Source: an uncultured Acidobacteriota bacterium (GTDB lineage: Bacteria > Acidobacteriota > Blastocatellia > RBC074). From it: a DNA stretch of 64,000 bases. How positions within the stretch are numbered: position 1 is the first letter of the stretch; every line of letters starts with the position of its first letter. Below are positions 49,998-61,468 of this stretch, piece by piece. The stretch is taken from NCBI GenBank assembly GCA_963796275.1, contig CAWCKY010000003.1, forward strand, positions 1,216,001 through 1,280,000. The letters run 5' to 3'. The notes under the pieces are model-generated. The model searched no databases. It worked only from the letters and a program-made list of their open reading frames with translations, and was not told the origin of the DNA. Both the position numbers and the translations under genes were made by a program.

Positions 49998-51212
49998 ATG
50001 AGACTAAGTGACAAGCTTTCTAGATCAACATTCGCAGTTCTACTTCTGTCGTTGTTCGGAAGCTCGGCCGCGGCACAGCATCTGATCTCGAGCAAAGCAG
50101 GATTCGTCAATAAGGTTGAAGGCAAGGTCTATCTAGTCCGTCAAGAAAGTCGGGACGATCAGACCGAAGGCGATGGTGCGAGAGCGAGCGCCTCGCTCGG
50201 GACACAGATGCGCGAAGGGGATCGTCTTACCGCCGATGCCGGCAGTTACGCCGAAATATTACTCAATCCCGGTTCGTATATTCGCATCGATGAGAAGTCC
50301 GAATTACGTGCGGTGAATACTGACCTGAGTCAGGTCAGGTTCGAGTTGATCAGCGGTTCAGCCATGGTCGAGGTCGGCGAGGTCGATAAGAAGTCGCCGA
50401 TCGAAATAATTACTCCGCACGGCTCGTTCTTTATCAAAAAGACCGGTCTTCAGCGCATCGATATTAAGGGAGAGATGACATCGGTTGCCGTTCGCCAGGG
50501 TGAGATCCATCTCGGCACGCACGATCAGGTGCTCGCCAAGAAGTCCACCAAGATCGGCCGCGGCAAGATCGCCCAACTCACGGGCGCGCCGGATCCATCT
50601 CTGGCGAAGATAGACAAGGACGGGATAGACGAATTCGATACGTGGAGCTTCAATCGTGCCGAGCTTTTGATGGCGGCCAACCAGAGGGCATTGCGCCAGT
50701 CCTCGACGAGAGATGGAGCGCTCTCTTTCGGATGGCATTTCGACCCATTCCATAGATGCTACACGTTCATCCCGCGCGGTTCGTACTGGTCGCCCTACGG
50801 GTTCGGGTTCTTCAATTCATTCAACTCCTGTTATGACTGCTACTTTCCGCCCAGAGGCTATGGCTATGGCTATGGCAGTTCGGGCGGTTCTCGGAATAAT
50901 ACTGCAACAGTCAGCGGCACAAAGGGAACCACGGCGCCGCCGCCCCGCGTTGTGTCCGGCGTTGATCGCGGTTCAATTCGCCGTGTAATCGAGCGGCCGC
51001 GGACCGAAATGGGAAACGGTGGATATAATAACGGACGTGATTTCGGAAGGGCGCCATCTAGCTCTCCGTCATCATCTCCCCGCTCCGGCGCATCTTCGGG
51101 TGGGGCAGGGGGATCGAGGGGAGCGGGCTCATCCCATCCTTCACATTCTAGAGGCGGAGCTTACGGCGGCGGCGGCGGCCGTTCAATGCCATCGAGGCCC
51201 AGGTCCAATTAA
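49998..51212 (+). CDS. Secreted FecR-domain protein with aromatic/Gly-rich region and low-complexity tail
   Basis: Signal peptide; AEILLNPGSYIRI, FELISGS, IITPHG, VAVRQGE; G/S/R-rich C-terminus. Confidence 0.78.
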   Translation: MRLSDKLSRSTFAVLLLSLFGSSAAAQHLISSKAGFVNKVEGKVYLVRQESRDDQTEGDGARASASLGTQMREGDRLTADAGSYAEILLNPGSYIRIDEKSELRAVNTDLSQVRFELISGSAMVEVGEVDKKSPIEIITPHGSFFIKKTGLQRIDIKGEMTSVAVRQGEIHLGTHDQVLAKKSTKIGRGKIAQLTGAPDPSLAKIDKDGIDEFDTWSFNRAELLMAANQRALRQSSTRDGALSFGWHFDPFHRCYTFIPRGSYWSPYGFGFFNSFNSCYDCYFPPRGYGYGYGSSGGSRNNTATVSGTKGTTAPPPRVVSGVDRGSIRRVIERPRTEMGNGGYNNGRDFGRAPSSSPSSSPRSGASSGGAGGSRGAGSSHPSHSRGGAYGGGGGRSMPSRPRSN

Positions 51213-51215
51213 ATT

Positions 51216-51728
51216 TTATAACTCTGCCCAGTCATCGATCATCAATTTCTCGTTCTCTATGATCAAGAACAGAGGAACGACGATGTATTGACCGTCGTCG
51301 AATTTGTAGATGCAATCCTGGCGAACTCGTTCGGTACCCCGATCGATGCTGTCTGTCACGGCGGCTTCTGCGACTCTCATATCTTTTTTCTCTCCGAGGA
51401 TGCTTTCGCGAAGAGACTTATTTTGATCTCTCAGTCGTTGCAGCCCGGTCGTAGAGAGCATTTTCTCTGCTTCGGCCCAATTTTCTTCCGTAACAAACCG
51501 ATTGAACTTGGTGAAGATCGCGTAGGTCTGCCGCGAGTCTTGAAGATTAGCCGGATCAGGTGGCCTTTCGATAGCGGGTCGCGTTTCCACCCAACGAAAA
51601 ACGCCGAGCGTCACGGCAACGCAAACAATGGCCAGCAACCAGAGAGCGAAGGGCAGAGAATTGTTCCCGGTCTTCTTCGCATCTTCAATGTTGGTTCGTA
51701 CATCGCTGTCTTCAAATATGGATCTCAT
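51216..51728 (-). CDS. Hypothetical membrane-anchored protein
   Basis: One TM helix followed by a possible NTF2-like soluble domain; upstream promoter candidate. Confidence 0.72.
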   Translation of the reverse strand: MRSIFEDSDVRTNIEDAKKTGNNSLPFALWLLAIVCVAVTLGVFRWVETRPAIERPPDPANLQDSRQTYAIFTKFNRFVTEENWAEAEKMLSTTGLQRLRDQNKSLRESILGEKKDMRVAEAAVTDSIDRGTERVRQDCIYKFDDGQYIVVPLFLIIENEKLMIDDWAEL

Positions 51729-51764
51729 TGTCTTCCTCTTCAATCTAAGTTATTTACGGCGACC

Positions 51765-51794
51765 AAAGTAGCCGAGAGAAGCCACCGATGTCAA
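51765..51794 (-). promoter_or_regulatory. Sigma70-type promoter
   Basis: TTGACA-N18-TACTTT on the minus strand. Confidence 0.5.
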
Positions 51795-51808
51795 ACTACA
51801 GCAATAGC

Positions 51809-51940
51809 ATGCGTAATGCGTAATGCGTAATGCGTAATGCGTAATGGGTAATGGGTAATGGGTAATGGGTAATGGATAGTTCGTAGACACCGTGGCACCA
51901 AGGCCTACGAATTATCAATTATCAATTATCCATTATCCAT
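51809..51940. repeat. Heptamer-armed hairpin, ATGSGTA family, with a long near-perfect array
   Basis: (ATGCGTA)5(ATGGGTA)4ATGGATA-GTTCGTAG...CTACGA-(ATTATCA)2(ATTATCC)2. Confidence 0.95.
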
Positions 51941-51949
51941 CTGCCTTAT

Positions 51950-51978
51950 TTGCATCCGCTCACCGCGACGGTTAAGCT
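51950..51978 (+). promoter_or_regulatory. Sigma70-type promoter for hom
   Basis: TTGCAT-N17-TAAGCT. Confidence 0.45.
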
Positions 51979-52017
51979 TCTCTCTTATACATATCGTTGA
52001 AACTATTTATTTGATTT

Positions 52018-53289
52018 ATGACTGCAAAGACGATTCTTGGAATTTGGGGATTGGGAACGGTAGGAACGGGTGTGGTGGCGCTTTTGCGTGACAATCCGCA
52101 ATTCGAAATCCGCGGCATAGCCGTCCGCGACCGCACCAAACCGCGCGAGATCGAGCTCTCGCAATACGAAATCTCCGACGATCCGTTCAAACTTGCCGAT
52201 GATCCGGCCATCGAAATAATCGTCGAGGTTGCGGGCGGACTCGATCCTGCATACGAACTCATCAAATACGCAATCGCAAATGGCAAACACATCGTTACCG
52301 CGAATAAAGAGGTGATTGCGAAACACGGGCCGGAAATTTTCGATCTCGCCAGCCGCCATAACGTAATGATATTTTTCGAGGCGGCAGTGGGTGGCGGGAT
52401 CCCATTGATCTCGACTCTGCAGCGCGGCTTGCAAGCCAACCGCATCTCGCGCGTGGCCGGTATTGTCAACGGCACAACGAACTATATCCTGACCAAGATG
52501 GAACAGGAGCAGAAGCCTTTCGGTGTGGCTCTACGCGAAGCGCAGGATGGTGGCTTCGCCGAAGCCGATCCGGCGGATGACATAGAAGGCCGTGACGTCG
52601 TTTACAAAATTGCCATCCTCTCATCACTTGCCTTTCGTTCACCGATCGATGTCGAAAAGATTTACCGCCAGGGTATCGGACAGATCACGGATCTGGACAT
52701 CAAGTTGGCGGGGGAGTTCGGCTATCGGATCAAGATGATAGGTCTCGCACAGCCGGGCGAGGGAGAGTCCTTTGACGTTCGCGCACATCCGATGCTGGTT
52801 CCGATACACCATCCGCTGGCCGGCGTTGAGGGGGTTAATAATGCTATTTTCATAAGCGGCAGTGCAGTTGGTGAAATTATGCTCACTGGACCCGGAGCAG
52901 GACGTTTTCCGACGGCAAGCGCGGTCGTCGGCGATGTGATCAATATAGCAAGCGCGCTCAAGCTGTCTGATTTCGGGCGATATTTCCAATCGCCCATAAG
53001 CTCGCGCGTGCGAGATGTCTTCCCGATCGAGGAGACGAGCAATGCCTACTACATCCGTCTCGAGACATTCGACACACCGGGCGTCATCGGCAACCTTGGT
53101 CACGCATTCGGCGGACATACGGTGAGTCTCCATAGCGTCACGCAGAAAGGGGTCACCGGAGATGGCACGGCAACCATCGTCCTGCTCACACACCGCGTGC
53201 GCGAAAAACAGGTTCAAGATGCCTTGCGTGAAATCAGCGCGCAATCGACCACCAAACAGATTGGTGTTGTATTAAGAGTATTGAGCTGA
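52018..53289 (+). CDS. hom: Homoserine dehydrogenase with C-terminal ACT domain
   Basis: GLGTVG, VTANK, FEAAVGGGIP, GIVNGTTNYIL, GPGAG. Confidence 0.95.
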   Translation: MTAKTILGIWGLGTVGTGVVALLRDNPQFEIRGIAVRDRTKPREIELSQYEISDDPFKLADDPAIEIIVEVAGGLDPAYELIKYAIANGKHIVTANKEVIAKHGPEIFDLASRHNVMIFFEAAVGGGIPLISTLQRGLQANRISRVAGIVNGTTNYILTKMEQEQKPFGVALREAQDGGFAEADPADDIEGRDVVYKIAILSSLAFRSPIDVEKIYRQGIGQITDLDIKLAGEFGYRIKMIGLAQPGEGESFDVRAHPMLVPIHHPLAGVEGVNNAIFISGSAVGEIMLTGPGAGRFPTASAVVGDVINIASALKLSDFGRYFQSPISSRVRDVFPIEETSNAYYIRLETFDTPGVIGNLGHAFGGHTVSLHSVTQKGVTGDGTATIVLLTHRVREKQVQDALREISAQSTTKQIGVVLRVLS

Positions 53290-53403
53290 GGGAAGGTGGA
53301 GAGGATGTTTGACGAAAAACGACTTATCTGTTTAGGTGTCAGATTGTGCATTTATTGGTGAACTTCTGGTGAAGCGCGGGAATAGGCAAGCAATAAAGCC
53401 GAT

Positions 53404-54732
53404 ATGAAGAATGCAGTGCCCCATGTAGTAATCATCGGCGCGGGTTTTGGCGGGCTGACGGCGGCACAGTCGCTGAAACGAGCGCCGGTACGTATCACGG
53501 TCGTCGACCGCACCAACCATCATCTTTTTCAGCCTCTCCTCTATCAGGTGGCAATGGCAGGACTCTCGCCGGCGGAGATCGCAGCCCCGATCCGTTCGGT
53601 ACTACGCAATCAGAAGAACGCCCTGGTTCTTCTGGCGGAAGCGGCGGGAGTAGACCTCGCACGGCAAGTCGTCAGATTGCGCGATGATCAACGAGCAGAA
53701 GAGCTCGGCTACGATTATCTGGTGTTGGCGACCGGCGGACGGACCAGTTATTTCGGCCACGATGATTGGGAAAAGTTCGCTCCGGGTCTTAAGGATCTGG
53801 ATGATGCCGTCGAGATCCGTCGCCGCGTGCTACTGGCATTCGAGGCGGCAGAGAAAGAGCACGACGTCGACCGCAGATCCCAGTTGCTGACATTCGTCGT
53901 GGTCGGTGGCGGTCCGACCGGAGTCGAACTCGCGGGAGCGATCGCTGAGCTCGCCCGGTTCGTACTGAAGCGTGATTTTCGAACGATCAATCCGCATTCC
54001 GCGGAAATCCTTCTGCTCGAGGGTGGACCGCGGATTCTCTCGGCATTTGTGCCCGACCTGTCTCTTAGCGCCGAGCGACAACTCTCTGAACTGGGGGTCA
54101 GGGTTCGGACCAACGCGCAAGTGACAAACATCGATGAAAAAGGCGTTTATCTCGGTGACGAGACGATCAAGGCCGCAACCGTCATCTGGAGCGCCGGAGT
54201 ACGCGCGACCGCACTTACCCGATCTCTCGGAGTCGAACTGGACCGCGCGGGACGCGTGAGCGTCGGACCAGACCTGACTATCCCGGGTTACCATAATGCG
54301 TTCGCGATCGGCGATATGACGATATTTCATCAGGACGGCAAACTCCTGCCCGGGGTGAGCCCCGTCGCCATGCAAATGGGCAGGCTAGTCGCTCGCAATA
54401 TTAAAAATAGTATTCTGGGCAAACCATATGAGCACTTCCGTTATTTTGATAAAGGCAATATGGCGACAATTGGCCGCAAAGCTGCGATCGCGGAGATCGG
54501 CAAGTTACATTTGAGCGGGTTTATTGCATGGCTGGCATGGTTGGGAGTCCATATCTTCTTTTTGATCGGATTTCGCAATAGATTCGCGGTGTTATTCAAC
54601 TGGGCCTGGTCATATTTCACTTATCAGAGGGGGGCCCGACTAATTACGGGAAGGAGATTGAGTCTGAAGCCAAGGAAGCCGATTCTGGAGAACGAAGAGC
54701 AGGCTGGGAAGGGAGAATATATAGTGCATTGA
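53404..54732 (+). CDS. ndh: Type II NADH dehydrogenase (NDH-2)
   Basis: GAGFGG, HLFQPLLYQVA, VGGGPTGVELAG, DKGNMATIGR. Confidence 0.9.
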   Translation: MKNAVPHVVIIGAGFGGLTAAQSLKRAPVRITVVDRTNHHLFQPLLYQVAMAGLSPAEIAAPIRSVLRNQKNALVLLAEAAGVDLARQVVRLRDDQRAEELGYDYLVLATGGRTSYFGHDDWEKFAPGLKDLDDAVEIRRRVLLAFEAAEKEHDVDRRSQLLTFVVVGGGPTGVELAGAIAELARFVLKRDFRTINPHSAEILLLEGGPRILSAFVPDLSLSAERQLSELGVRVRTNAQVTNIDEKGVYLGDETIKAATVIWSAGVRATALTRSLGVELDRAGRVSVGPDLTIPGYHNAFAIGDMTIFHQDGKLLPGVSPVAMQMGRLVARNIKNSILGKPYEHFRYFDKGNMATIGRKAAIAEIGKLHLSGFIAWLAWLGVHIFFLIGFRNRFAVLFNWAWSYFTYQRGARLITGRRLSLKPRKPILENEEQAGKGEYIVH

Positions 54733-54745
54733 TGCATTATTGAAG

Positions 54746-54776
54746 AACTGAAAAACCGGAAACGGAAAACTGAAAA
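54746..54776. repeat. Solo arm of the CTGAAAA heptamer family
   Basis: AACTGAAAAACCGGAAACGGAAAACTGAAAA with no clear partner arm. Confidence 0.5.
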
Positions 54777-54873
54777 TTATTTCGATTGCAGTCATCAATA
54801 TCTTACCTTAATATCTTTTTTCCCCCGGCCCCTTCGAATCCGTAATCAAAGGGTTGTTTAAAAGTTAATAAGG

Positions 54874-56481
54874 ATGTCATCTGTAACACGACCTGACGCA
54901 AAAGCTATTCCTCCACCTCATGCAGATGTTGAACAAGTAGAGCTCCCGCACCTGTGGCCACTGGGTGATTCTGCGATCAATATCATTACAGTCTGCCTTG
55001 TGGTATACGATGGGTTGCTGGCTGCGACGCTCTTTATTCTAGGCTACTGGGTGAGGCATCCGGACGAGACGCCCTTTATTCTCGGGCAGTGGAAGATAGG
55101 TTCGTTCGACCTGTCGTTGCCTTACGATTTTCATCCAACCTTCGCGCCATATCTGAGCGTTCTCTATTTCATCCCTTTCATTCAGCTAGCGACATTCGGC
55201 TATCGCGGCCTATATCGCCTGCGCGGCGAATTTTCGTTCATCGAGGATTTCATCAATATTTTCAAAGCGATTACGATCGGTTTTCTGATGACGACCTTGA
55301 TCGCCTTTTTCTTTCGCGGCGGGTTCGAGTATTCGGCCTTCTCCTATTCGCGCCAGGTATTCATCTTCTATTATCTTTTAGGACTGGTAGTCTTCATCGC
55401 TCACCGCGCCGCGTTCCGTAGTTTACAGACTTTCTATAGGCGCCGTCACATCGACGTCATACCGATCCTCATTGTCGGGTCGAACGGAGTGGCCGAGATG
55501 TGCGTTAACGAGATCGCTGATGATCCGAAGTTGGGGCGGCGCGTTATCGGCCTGGTGACTCCCGACGGCCTGATCCCGAAGAGTAAAGACCTTAACTTAT
55601 GGCCGACGCTCGGAAATTATGATGAGATGCACCGGTTCATCCGCCAGTACGACATCCGTGAGGTACTGATCGCCGATCCGGGGATCAGGCCAGAACTGCT
55701 TTTCGACACGATGATTAAATGCGGGCGCGGCTCGCGCGTCACATTCCGCGTGGTACCGAACCTGTTGAACTGTATCCCGCGCAAGGCCTATATCGAACAG
55801 CTCGGTGTGGTGCCGATGGTGCGTTTGTTCGAAGAACCGCTCTCGTCGGCAGAGCGAGTGGTCAAACGCAGCATAGACCTGATCGTAAGTACATTGATAC
55901 TGATTTTTTCGGCCCCTCTCTGGGTGCTTATTGCGATTGCGATCAAGCTCGAATCGCGCGGCCCGCTCCTATACCGGCAGGAACGGGTGGGGATGGACGG
56001 CCACATCTTCCTGCTCTATAAATTTCGCTCGATGACGGACGATGTCGAGATCGACGAAGCCCATCGAGAGTATATGGAGCGGATGATCAGAAATCAGGGC
56101 AACAGCAATCTGGGGACGCAGGATAATCCCAACTACAAATTCATAAATGGCGACCGAATTACGCAAACCGGCCGTCTACTGCGACACTTGAGCCTCGACG
56201 AACTGCCGCAGATATTCAATGTGTTTAAGGGCGAGATGAGCCTGGTCGGGCCGCGCCCGCCGATTCCATACGAGGTCGAATGTTATAAAACGTGGCATCG
56301 CAAGAGGCTCGATGTTAAACCCGGATTGACCGGGTTGTGGCAGGTGAGCGGGCGTTACAGTCTTTCCTTCGATCAGATGGTGAAACTCGATATTTATTAC
56401 ATCGAGAACTGGTCGCTCTGGTTGGATCTGAAAATAATATTGAAGACTTTACCAGCGTTGATCATGAAGGAAGAGGCATAA
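54874..56481 (+). CDS. Polyprenyl glycosylphosphotransferase (WcaJ/WbaP-like)
   Basis: TM domain, KRSIDL, YKFRSM, SLDELPQ, GPRPP, KPGLTGLWQVSGR. Confidence 0.92.
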   Translation: MSSVTRPDAKAIPPPHADVEQVELPHLWPLGDSAINIITVCLVVYDGLLAATLFILGYWVRHPDETPFILGQWKIGSFDLSLPYDFHPTFAPYLSVLYFIPFIQLATFGYRGLYRLRGEFSFIEDFINIFKAITIGFLMTTLIAFFFRGGFEYSAFSYSRQVFIFYYLLGLVVFIAHRAAFRSLQTFYRRRHIDVIPILIVGSNGVAEMCVNEIADDPKLGRRVIGLVTPDGLIPKSKDLNLWPTLGNYDEMHRFIRQYDIREVLIADPGIRPELLFDTMIKCGRGSRVTFRVVPNLLNCIPRKAYIEQLGVVPMVRLFEEPLSSAERVVKRSIDLIVSTLILIFSAPLWVLIAIAIKLESRGPLLYRQERVGMDGHIFLLYKFRSMTDDVEIDEAHREYMERMIRNQGNSNLGTQDNPNYKFINGDRITQTGRLLRHLSLDELPQIFNVFKGEMSLVGPRPPIPYEVECYKTWHRKRLDVKPGLTGLWQVSGRYSLSFDQMVKLDIYYIENWSLWLDLKIILKTLPALIMKEEA

Positions 56482-56500
56482 AAGAACAGACATAGAGCTA

Positions 56501-56603
56501 TCATTTTACATTTGTCATTTTATACTTGTCATTTGTCATTTATCGCCCCTATAGGATGCAATCAATGACAAATGTGAAATGTAAAATGACAAATGTAAAA
56601 TGA
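56501..56603. repeat. Heptamer-armed hairpin, CATTTKW family, between convergent genes
   Basis: 40-bp arms 56501-56540 / 56564-56603 with 4 mismatches. Confidence 0.92.
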
Positions 56604-56610
56604 ACAGGGC

Positions 56611-58116
56611 TCATTTATTCGCTCTATCTTTACCAAGAAACGCCATTATTTCCCGCAAAACGGTATTTTCGTAATCAGGGTTGGCCTGCAATTCTTCCAC
56701 ACCGATGTTCAGGAATTTAATGGCTCCCGGCCCGTATGACCGCCATCTCTCGCCGAAAGCCGGTGAGTTCGAGTTTACGAAAATCGTCAGTACCGGAACG
56801 CCGAGTGCAGCAGCGATGTGCTGGCCTGCCGAATCGTATCCGATGTATCGGTCACTCGCGGAAATTAATCCGGCAAATTGCCCGATGCCGCCATCCCACG
56901 TCAGTACATCTGCGCGTAGCGATTCCTGTTGAAGCGATTTCGCTAAGTTCCGTTCATTTACCTGGTGGATCGTCTTGCCCTGATCTCGAAGCAGATCGAT
57001 GATGCGATCGATCTGATCTCTTTCTTCCGTACTGGCGCCTTTGTCGAGGATGACCGTCGATTCCCGGAGCAGATTTCGGATCAATTCCGTTTCGAACGAG
57101 TCGGAGAGGCGTTTGTTCGGATTGCCTCCGACACCGAGGCTGACGGTAACGAGATGTGAAGCGCCGGCGCTGCGCATCCTGCGAGTAATCTCCTGACCAA
57201 ATGCCCGATGTTCTCCTGGTAAAGCGACGAATGGGAAAGCGCGGCGATTCGCTTCTAAAAGATCATCGACCCAGAGAGAGGCGAGTTCGCCGAGGCGGCC
57301 GGCGCCGGATTTTTGAAATCCGCGGCTCTCGAAGAAGAAATAGTTACTCTCGTTTCTCATCAAAGGGAGCAAGCCGAGTTGCGTCAGACGCGAATCGGGA
57401 TCAATCAATAAAAACTCGGCAGGTTTTAAATCTCGCTTCTCATCGTCTACTACATGAACGACGTCAATCCAGCTATTCAAGCGTGAAAGCACGCCGCCCG
57501 TGCGATCATAGCCGATCTCGCGTATTCGTAATTGCGGGTCGCCGCCATACAAATCCCGCAGTTTGGGGGACCCGAGCAGGACGAACTCCGCCCCGGGCAG
57601 GGCTTCGCGTAGTCGGGCGACGATAACGCTCGTGACGGCGACGTCCGCGCCTATCGTCACGCGGGAGAGCAGAGCGGCTCGCCGGATTTTGCTGCGATTT
57701 TCGCTGTTCAACTTTCGCTGCTCGTTCGCAATGACCGATCTGCGACGGAGCATGTCGGCTTCGTCTTCCAGGCCGAAACTTCGTAGGCCCTCGTCCAACT
57801 TCTCTCCCTTCGGTTGGTGGCGGTAGAAATCGATAACTTGTGTCATGACCCGATCGTAAAGCGCACAGGCTCGAGGATCGAATGAATCGTTCAACCGCTC
57901 GATCAGCGAAGGGAAGAGCGCGGCCACCCCCGCGCTAGCCGTCTCCGCGTCTGCCGTCATCTCACAGAGAAGCGCGACCGCTGCTCGTGCGTACGGTTTG
58001 TCGGCGAGATGGTGATTGATGACCTGTTCGGCGGCGTGGAATCCCAGTTGGATCGCCGTTTGGGCATTCAGTGCCCCTGAATCTTTGAGTTTTTTGAAAT
58101 CGAATTGCATATACAC
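56611..58116 (-). CDS. Glycosyltransferase family 9-like (heptosyltransferase-like) protein
   Basis: SRVTIGADVAV and YIGYDSAGQHIAAALGVP; extra N-terminal helical region. Confidence 0.75.
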   Translation of the reverse strand: MYMQFDFKKLKDSGALNAQTAIQLGFHAAEQVINHHLADKPYARAAVALLCEMTADAETASAGVAALFPSLIERLNDSFDPRACALYDRVMTQVIDFYRHQPKGEKLDEGLRSFGLEDEADMLRRRSVIANEQRKLNSENRSKIRRAALLSRVTIGADVAVTSVIVARLREALPGAEFVLLGSPKLRDLYGGDPQLRIREIGYDRTGGVLSRLNSWIDVVHVVDDEKRDLKPAEFLLIDPDSRLTQLGLLPLMRNESNYFFFESRGFQKSGAGRLGELASLWVDDLLEANRRAFPFVALPGEHRAFGQEITRRMRSAGASHLVTVSLGVGGNPNKRLSDSFETELIRNLLRESTVILDKGASTEERDQIDRIIDLLRDQGKTIHQVNERNLAKSLQQESLRADVLTWDGGIGQFAGLISASDRYIGYDSAGQHIAAALGVPVLTIFVNSNSPAFGERWRSYGPGAIKFLNIGVEELQANPDYENTVLREIMAFLGKDRANK

Positions 58117-58139
58117 GCGAAATGTCAGAGATCGAAAAC

Positions 58140-58168
58140 TTGACAGCCACTAATGCGATTGTTAGACT
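58140..58168 (+). promoter_or_regulatory. Sigma70 promoter for icd-mdh
   Basis: TTGACA-N17-TAGACT with a TG extension. Confidence 0.65.
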
Positions 58169-58288
58169 TTCGGCCTTTTCATACAGTTGATTGATTGCTC
58201 CTTGGCCGCGATTATACCAGTCTGCGGTTGTGCCCCATCGGGCAACACGTGTTCAACTACATACAGAATAAATTTAGGAGAGTGGTTT

Positions 58289-59533
58289 ATGCCTGTTTTC
58301 AATGGAATCCAAACCCCCTCTGAGGGGAAACCGGTCAGTATTGAGGACGGCCAGCCGAAAGTCCCGGATAATCCGACCATCCCTTTCATTGAAGGCGACG
58401 GCACCGGTCCCGATATCTGGCGCGCTTCTCAGCGCGTTTTCGATGCTGCCGTCGCTCGCGCCTACAGCGGTGAGCGCCGCATCGTCTGGTATGAAATTTT
58501 TGCGGGTGAAAAGGCCCATAAGAAATTTGGTGAATGGCTGCCCAAAGGCACTCTGGATGCCATTCAGCATTTCGTCATCGCCATAAAAGGTCCTCTCACA
58601 ACGCCGGTCGGCGGCGGCATCCGTTCACTCAATGTGACCCTCCGCCAGGTCCTGGATCTCTATTCTTGCGTACGCCCGGTGCGATATTTCCCCGGTGTGC
58701 CTGCGCCCGTCAAGAATCCGGAGAAGCTGGACGTCGTCATCTTCCGCGAGAACACGGAGGATGTCTACGCCGGGATCGAATTTCAAGAAGGATCTGATCG
58801 CGCGCAGAAATTGATCCAGTTTCTGAGCGATTTCGGTTTTGAGGTTAGTCACGATTCGGGCATCGGGATAAAACCGATCTCGATCTCTGCCACCAAGAAC
58901 CTGGTGCGCCGCGCCATTCGCTATGCGATCGAGCGGGATCTTAAAGTGGTGACGCTGGTCCACAAGGGCAATATTATGAAGTACACGGAAGGCGCATTCC
59001 GGGATTGGGGCTATCAGTTGGCCAAAGAGGAGTTTCGCGATCGGATCGTGACCGAAGAGGAAGTCAACAAAGATCACGGGGGCAAGCGGCCCGAAGGGAA
59101 GATACTCGTAAATGATCGGATTGCCGACGCGATGTTCCAGCAGGTCCTCCTGCGCCCCGATGAGTACTCGGTCATCGCCACCCCCAATCTCAACGGCGAT
59201 TACCTGTCGGATGCTTGTGCGGCGCAGGTCGGAGGGTTGGGAATGGCACCCGGCGCTAACATCGGCGACATTGCCGCCGTTTTCGAAGCGACACACGGGA
59301 CTGCTCCGAAATACGCCGGACTCGATGCGGTCAATCCCTCCTCGGTGATCCTCTCGGGCGTCATGATGTTCGAGTATATGGGATGGAATGAGGCGGGCAG
59401 CCTGATCATCGATGGGATCGTCAGGACCATCGATCAGAAACGCGTGACCTATGATCTCGAACGCCTGATGGAGGGCGCAACCAAGGTCAAAACGAGCGAA
59501 TTCGCTGATGCGATTATTCAAAATATGAAATAG
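58289..59533 (+). CDS. icd: NADP-dependent isocitrate dehydrogenase
   Basis: [47 protein letters not shown]; AGGAG RBS. Confidence 0.96.
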   Translation: MPVFNGIQTPSEGKPVSIEDGQPKVPDNPTIPFIEGDGTGPDIWRASQRVFDAAVARAYSGERRIVWYEIFAGEKAHKKFGEWLPKGTLDAIQHFVIAIKGPLTTPVGGGIRSLNVTLRQVLDLYSCVRPVRYFPGVPAPVKNPEKLDVVIFRENTEDVYAGIEFQEGSDRAQKLIQFLSDFGFEVSHDSGIGIKPISISATKNLVRRAIRYAIERDLKVVTLVHKGNIMKYTEGAFRDWGYQLAKEEFRDRIVTEEEVNKDHGGKRPEGKILVNDRIADAMFQQVLLRPDEYSVIATPNLNGDYLSDACAAQVGGLGMAPGANIGDIAAVFEATHGTAPKYAGLDAVNPSSVILSGVMMFEYMGWNEAGSLIIDGIVRTIDQKRVTYDLERLMEGATKVKTSEFADAIIQNMK

Positions 59534-59642
59534 AGTCCGGAGTTCGGGGTCTGGAGGTCCTGGACCTGGAGTCGATACGCATTAGTTCAGAAGCAATATT
59601 GGCTGTAGGCTTTAGATTCCGGACTCGAGACTCCTGGCTCCC
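59533..59642. repeat. Heptamer-armed hairpin, GGAGTCY family
   Basis: GAGTCCG GAGTTCG GGGTCTG GAG...GGAGTC against TTCCGGACTCGAGACTCCTGGCTCC. Confidence 0.7.
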
Positions 59643-59656
59643 TTTTTGGAGGATAA

Positions 59657-60586
<930 letters not shown>

Positions 60587-60609
60587 GAACTTGACGCATA
60601 AGGCGCTCG

Positions 60610-60657
60610 GAGAATCTCGATTTTTACATCGAGATCTCCCGGGGTCTTTGTGGTTAG
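60610..60657. repeat. Hairpin after mdh (degenerate element or terminator)
   Basis: ATCTCGAT/ATCGAGAT stem, followed by a TCTTTGTGGTTA tail resembling the 9-mer family ends. Confidence 0.4.
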
Positions 60658-60891
60658 CTCCGAGACCAGGCTATGTAGTAAATTTGAAGCTTGCCAAGAA
60701 TTGTGGTAGGTTAAAAATTGCGTCTGTCGCAGTTGCGATTCCTTAATGAACGGGTAATGCGTCTTGCGGCAGTCGCATTTTTATTGTCAGAGGGGGAGGA
60801 CGTTCGAACGATTGGGCGGAGGTAGGGGAAGTAGAGGGATGCAGGTTGAACGGATGGGAAGAACTCTGAGAAGAACTCTGAAAGGAAAAAT

Positions 60892-61392
60892 GTGGTGAGT
60901 GAATCGAAGGATTTGACCGTAAATTTGACCGGAAAAGAGAAGATTCTCGCAGAATTGAAGACTCTCGAATATGAACTGAACATCGAATTGCCGCGCGCTC
61001 TGAGGACTGCGGCCGCGCTCGGCGACTTATCGGAGAATGCCGAGTACAAGTCGGCTCGTGAGCGCCAGGATTACGTGCGCGCCCGGGTCCGGCAACTTCA
61101 GGAGCAGGTGGCCAAGTTATCGAGCATTGACCTGAGCAAATTACCGCACGACCGGGCCTCTTATGGCTCAACGCTCGTCCTGCGCGATATCGATCGGGGC
61201 GCTGAAGTCGCCTATCGCCTGGTAACACCAGAGGAGGCCGATTTCGAACAAGGGTTGATCTCGACCGCATCGCCGATCGGCAAGAGCCTGCTCAACAAAG
61301 AAGAAGGCGATGAAGTCAAAGTTGAGACGCCAAACGGCCCTCGTCTCTTTGAGATCATCAAACTCACCACGATCCATGACGAGGAATTGTAG
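60892..61392 (+). CDS. greA: Transcription elongation factor GreA
   Basis: [27 protein letters not shown]. Confidence 0.93.
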   Translation: MVSESKDLTVNLTGKEKILAELKTLEYELNIELPRALRTAAALGDLSENAEYKSARERQDYVRARVRQLQEQVAKLSSIDLSKLPHDRASYGSTLVLRDIDRGAEVAYRLVTPEEADFEQGLISTASPIGKSLLNKEEGDEVKVETPNGPRLFEIIKLTTIHDEEL

Positions 61393-61415
61393 TATTATTG
61401 AGCGATGATTCGCAT

Positions 61416-61444
61416 TTGAAAGCCCACAATTATGATGTTACACT
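61416..61444 (+). promoter_or_regulatory. Sigma70 promoter for PASTA-rpe-bamD
   Basis: TTGAAA-N17-TACACT with a TG extension. Confidence 0.6.
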
Positions 61445-61468
61445 CACAATCCCGGTAGAGCGGAGGTT

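Noticed and set aside
60858-60881. 12-bp tandem GAAGAACTCTGA x2 upstream of greA
   Set aside because: Two copies only and no inverted partner; simple slippage explains it.
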